Source: Octopus vulgaris (taxonomy: Eukaryota). Taken from it: a stretch of 64,000 nucleotides of DNA. Below are positions 61,316 through 64,000 of the stretch, one piece after another. Below the pieces are notes generated by a model. It saw nothing but the letters and a program-made list of their open reading frames with translations. It made no database searches and was not told where the DNA came from. Position 1 is the stretch's first letter; each line of letters starts with the position of its first letter. The position numbers were made by a program, and so were the translations under genes. Location of the stretch: NCBI GenBank assembly GCA_951406725.2, contig OX597815.1, positions 21,328,001 to 21,392,000 of the forward strand. Reading direction: 5' to 3'.

Positions 61316-62419
61316 CGACAGGCTTCTTTCAGTTTCCGTCTACCATATCCACTCACAGGCTTTGGTCGGCCCGAGGCTATAGTAGAAGACACTTGCCCAA
61401 GGTGCCACGCAGTGGGACTGAACCCGGAACCATGTGGTTGGTAAGCAGGCTACTTACCACACAGCCACTCCTGCACCTATATTTCTAAACAATCAGCTTG
61501 TAAGGTCATATCTGTAAATCATCAACATAAAGCATGTTTTCATTCAATTCATATATTTCAATTTTATCACAATATTTTCTCTCTCTCCTTCAATCTATCT
61601 TAAATATAATTACACTTCAAACATTTTGTATATTCCTTGTTGCCTGTCATCTTTTGCTACTTTATTGTTAATGTTTTAACCCTTTAGTATTTAAACCAGC
61701 CATATCCGGCCAAAATAACTAATCAGTTTTATGTTCAAACTGACCAGATCCAGGCTCTCACACCTACCCTACAATGTTATTCTACATTAAGTAATTACAC
61801 CATCAAGATCTTGAAGATATGAGATAATGCATGATTAATTCAAATCAATGGGAATCAATAGGCATTATGTTTGATTGAATAATCTGAACACTAAAGGGTT
61901 AACAACAGTCTTCTAAACAGAAATAACAGACTCCATGCAAGCACACCATACAATCTTAATACAATACTCATCAGCTAATGTAGTCTGGAGTACACAATAC
62001 CTGAAATAAGATGTAACAGTCAAAGCAGGAATGCCTTTGATCATAGATCTTTTCAATTAGGATTGGTCTGAGGTTAATGACCATTCTGGTATTACTGGAT
62101 GTGAAGACTCTAACTACAATCATTATCATATTCACCTACGACCCGTTCTTAATTGTTATTGATTACTGAAGTCAATTCACTTTCTCATATTCACTTTATA
62201 TGATGCCAGTTTGGTTCATAACATTTCTCCAGTTTTGCAGATCAGATATTAGAATGAATTATGTAAAATATTTTATCTCTTCTTTTTCAGGTTGACAACA
62301 GTAGTAAAACAGTTACCAAAAGCAAAAAGAAAACTTTGAGTAAAATTTCTATCGCAAAACGTGCTTTAAGGAAAAACATTGAATTAAACACAAAGATTAA
62401 GTTTGATGATGATGGAGAG
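36978..62419 (+). CDS. DDX10: DEAD-box RNA helicase DDX10/Dbp4 (SSU processome); 15 exons in the window, gene continues past 64000
   Basis: Spliced ORF of about 683 codons: Q motif, [69 protein letters not shown]-terminal [16 protein letters not shown] and SLGL...PR. All introns are GT-AG with consistent phases. Confidence 0.93.
38320..38380 (+). CDS. DDX10: DDX10 exon 2
   Basis: ttcag|[21 protein letters not shown]|gtttgt; start of the Q motif. Confidence 0.9.
39927..40057 (+). CDS. DDX10: DDX10 exon 3
   Basis: PTEIQ...[16 protein letters not shown]|gtaagt. Confidence 0.95.
40914..40956 (+). ncRNA. Hammerhead-ribozyme-like motif with a G5A core variant (Penelope-like remnant)
   Basis: gcct-CUAAUGA-gaaccc aaug ggguuu-GAAA-accggu-UA-aggu: stems I, II and a palindromic stem III are all present. 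Confidence 0.6.
42554..42712 (+). CDS. DDX10: DDX10 exon 4
   Basis: LLECLY...[10 protein letters not shown]...[12 protein letters not shown]|gtgagt. Confidence 0.95.
42819..43105 (+). mobile_element. Family D SINE head joined to a different 3' module
   Basis: Matches 13819-14010, then diverges into gctgcgatggactggcataccgtccag... Confidence 0.75.
44434..44554 (+). CDS. DDX10: DDX10 exon 5
   Basis: [20 protein letters not shown]...LQIL|gtaagt. Confidence 0.95.
44576..45065 (-). mobile_element. Non-autonomous Helitron-like element in DDX10 intron 5
   Basis: CTAG end at 44576-44579 with a subterminal hairpin cccggcgttgctcggg; flanked by a 20-bp direct repeat. Confidence 0.75.
47008..47122 (+). 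CDS. DDX10: DDX10 exon 6
   Basis: [12 protein letters not shown]...LLFSATQT|gtaagg. Confidence 0.95.
49382..49484 (+). CDS. DDX10: DDX10 exon 7
   Basis: [10 protein letters not shown]...STPSQLVQ|gtaaat. Confidence 0.95.
50740..50844 (+). CDS. DDX10: DDX10 exon 8
   Basis: [10 protein letters not shown]...[11 protein letters not shown]|gtaggc. Confidence 0.95.
53916..54328. mobile_element. Second copy of the Merlin-like MITE
   Basis: Reverse complement of 36350-36762; flanks ttctttac / ttctttcc. Confidence 0.85.
54724..54886 (+). CDS. DDX10: DDX10 exon 9
   Basis: VRYIF...[10 protein letters not shown]...[10 protein letters not shown]|gtaaat. Confidence 0.95.
55816..55900 (+). CDS. DDX10: DDX10 exon 10
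   Basis: [29 protein letters not shown]|gtaaga. Confidence 0.95.
56426..56645. mobile_element. piggyBac-type MITE
   Basis: TTAA|CCCTTTCGTTAC ... GTAACGAAAGGG|TTAA. Confidence 0.85.
57318..57419 (+). CDS. DDX10: DDX10 exon 11
   Basis: [16 protein letters not shown]...KKIPIKKI|gtgagt. Confidence 0.93.
57634..57721 (+). CDS. DDX10: DDX10 exon 12
   Basis: [29 protein letters not shown]|gtattc. Confidence 0.92.
58661..58872 (+). mobile_element. Penelope-like element terminal fragment embedded in (TA)n
   Basis: Carries a minimal hammerhead motif, followed by a T-rich 3' extension; (TA)n on both sides. Confidence 0.65.
58733..58767 (+). ncRNA. Minimal type I hammerhead ribozyme motif
   Basis: auuu-CUGACGA-a-gag uucug cuc-GAAAC-GUU-aaau: intact core boxes, loopless palindromic stem III, NUH = GUU. 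Confidence 0.72.
59821..59909 (+). CDS. DDX10: DDX10 exon 13
   Basis: [29 protein letters not shown]|gtatgt. Confidence 0.93.
60605..61013 (+). CDS. DDX10: DDX10 exon 14 (acidic/Ser-rich region)
   Basis: [13 protein letters not shown]...[10 protein letters not shown]; the donor follows either 61007 or 61013 (both phase 0). Confidence 0.88.
61680..61898. mobile_element. piggyBac-type MITE
   Basis: TTAA|CCCTTTAGT ... ACTAAAGGG|TTAA; a related older copy lies at about 40104-40512. Confidence 0.8.
62291..62419 (+). CDS. DDX10: DDX10 exon 15
   Basis: tttttcag|VDNSS...[27 protein letters not shown]|gttagt. Confidence 0.9.
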
Positions 62420-62799
62420 GTTAGTATAAAGTTGAAGCCTTTGTTAATTATGTTTTACCTCTGAATAAATTTCAGTCCAAAGATAGATTGACTGTTAAAA
62501 TATTTTCAAAAATCTGCAATAAACATATATTCATGTTTGTACACACATACATACCTGTATGCTTAAATATACAAATGCATACCATTGTAGTCAGTATCCA
62601 TTTTTCTTTGGCAATATACATTACACAGATGTACACTACAGCATTTTTCAACATCTCACTTGTGCATCATCTCTTCCATTGTCCTCTTCTACCACCACAC
62701 AACACCTCTTATCGTATGTCCATACTAATGCAGATATCTCTTCTACATATATCAACAAACACCCTCATATTCAAATACTTTCCTAATTTACTTGTACTC

Positions 62800-63390
62800 A
62801 AGAAATTTCAACCGTGTTTCGTGGTCTGCTACCACAACAGCTCCTTTATAGGATCCAGTTAGCTCAAGACATCATCAGGAGGAACCACGTCCGGTTTTGG
62901 CCCCTACTCCTCTACCGTTTTGACGTAGCACCCCCCTTTCGGAGGTGTCTTCAGCTCTGGTGTTGGGTGCATGTCTTCTTTCTTCTGTTCCCTGGCCTCT
63001 TCGATGTAGCGTAAACGAGTGTCAGTGGACGACTGACTGTCTTGTCAAAGTTTTTAGCCAGGTTTTCAAGCTTTTGTTCGTCGTCGCCTTTGAATTTGGT
63101 GGTCATTCTTGCTACCGCGTTGTCAAATTTTTTATAACTCGCTGCGTCATTTGCTTTCGGTCACTTAATCTTTGTCCTCTTCACGCCTATCACTCTTTTT
63201 GACTTTTCCAATTCAACTATGGAATGAACCTCGCTATGGTTATTTTCCAGGAGGTTCTGGCCACACATCTTATGGTTTATCAACCATAAGCTCCTTTTCT
63301 CTAGTTATTGAAGATCTTCAATTTCTCTGCGCCATGAAGTATCAACCTTGTAACACAAACCTTGTTTCATATTCTCTTCACAGAGAGAAT
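62800..63390 (-). mobile_element. Decayed RLE-type (Hero-like) LINE remnant
   Basis: Minus strand translates VKRTKIK*PKANDAASYKKFDNAV...KGDDEQKLENL; its 3' end is also present at 42265-42380. Confidence 0.5.
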
Positions 63391-64000
63391 CACTATCAAC
63401 AATAATAATAATAAGCTTCTTCATTTCATGTGATACCTTTGATGTTAAATCATCGTTAGCTTAACCTCAACAGCCAATTTGTCTTTTTGAGGTCCAAATA
63501 CATTTTTTTGTGTATCGTCAGTTAATGATTTTTCTACCTATTTCCAATCCTGCATATTGAACATAACTATTTCTCCTTACATTTGGATTTTAAAACTTCC
63601 TGTCACTAACTAATATTTTAATTGTTTCTATGTTCCCCTTTTGGTTCATTGATTTGTCTCCACTCTTCCACCGTATTTCAAATTTCCAGTGTCACATTTA
63701 CATCGATAGTAATGAAGATCCCTACTGATAATACAGTAGATATCCTACCAGAATAGTGACTAGTGAAAAGGCGGTGAGCTGGCAGAAACGTTAGCATGCT
63801 AGGCAAAATGCTTAGCGATATTTCGTCTGACGCTACGTTCTGAGTTCAAATTCCGCCGAGGTTGACTTTGCCTTCCATCCTTTCAGGGTCGATAAATTAA
63901 GTACCAGTTACGCACTGGGATCAATGTAATCGACTTGATCCGTTTGTCCCCTCTATGTTTAGCCCCTAGTGGGTAATGAAGAAATAAGTTTTTCGTCTGC

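Noticed and set aside
62806-62900. CTGATGA and GAAAC boxes on the minus strand as a hammerhead
   Set aside because: No arrangement gives valid stems I, II and III around the boxes.

Overview
AT-rich, repeat-dense eukaryotic genomic DNA. The SINE families, microsatellite load and LINE mix resemble an octopus/coleoid cephalopod genome (inference from recalled repeat sequences, not a database search). The right half (36978 to beyond 64000, + strand) carries the first 15 coding exons (about 683 codons) of a DDX10/Dbp4 DEAD-box RNA helicase, with all core motifs and phase-consistent GT-AG introns. The left half is probably a long intron of an unidentified minus-strand gene: there is a good coding exon at 316-424 and a possible first exon near 31968-31981. 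It is filled with transposable elements: a young internally deleted Gypsy LTR element (tRNA-Trp PBS), a decayed Tc1 with nested insertions, a mariner fragment, Helitrons, CR1/RTE/RLE LINE fragments, MITEs and three abundant SINE-like families. Best leads: (1) minimal hammerhead ribozyme motifs in Penelope-like remnants inside DDX10 introns; (2) recurrent fold-back insertions; (3) a 145-bp target-site duplication and a 5'-inverted RTE; (4) Merlin-like MITEs, including a 54-bp micro-element, just upstream of DDX10. No CRISPR, rRNA or genuine tRNA genes were seen. Most short ORFs in the supplied track are repeat or microsatellite artefacts. Repeat boundaries were read by eye and may be off by a few bases.
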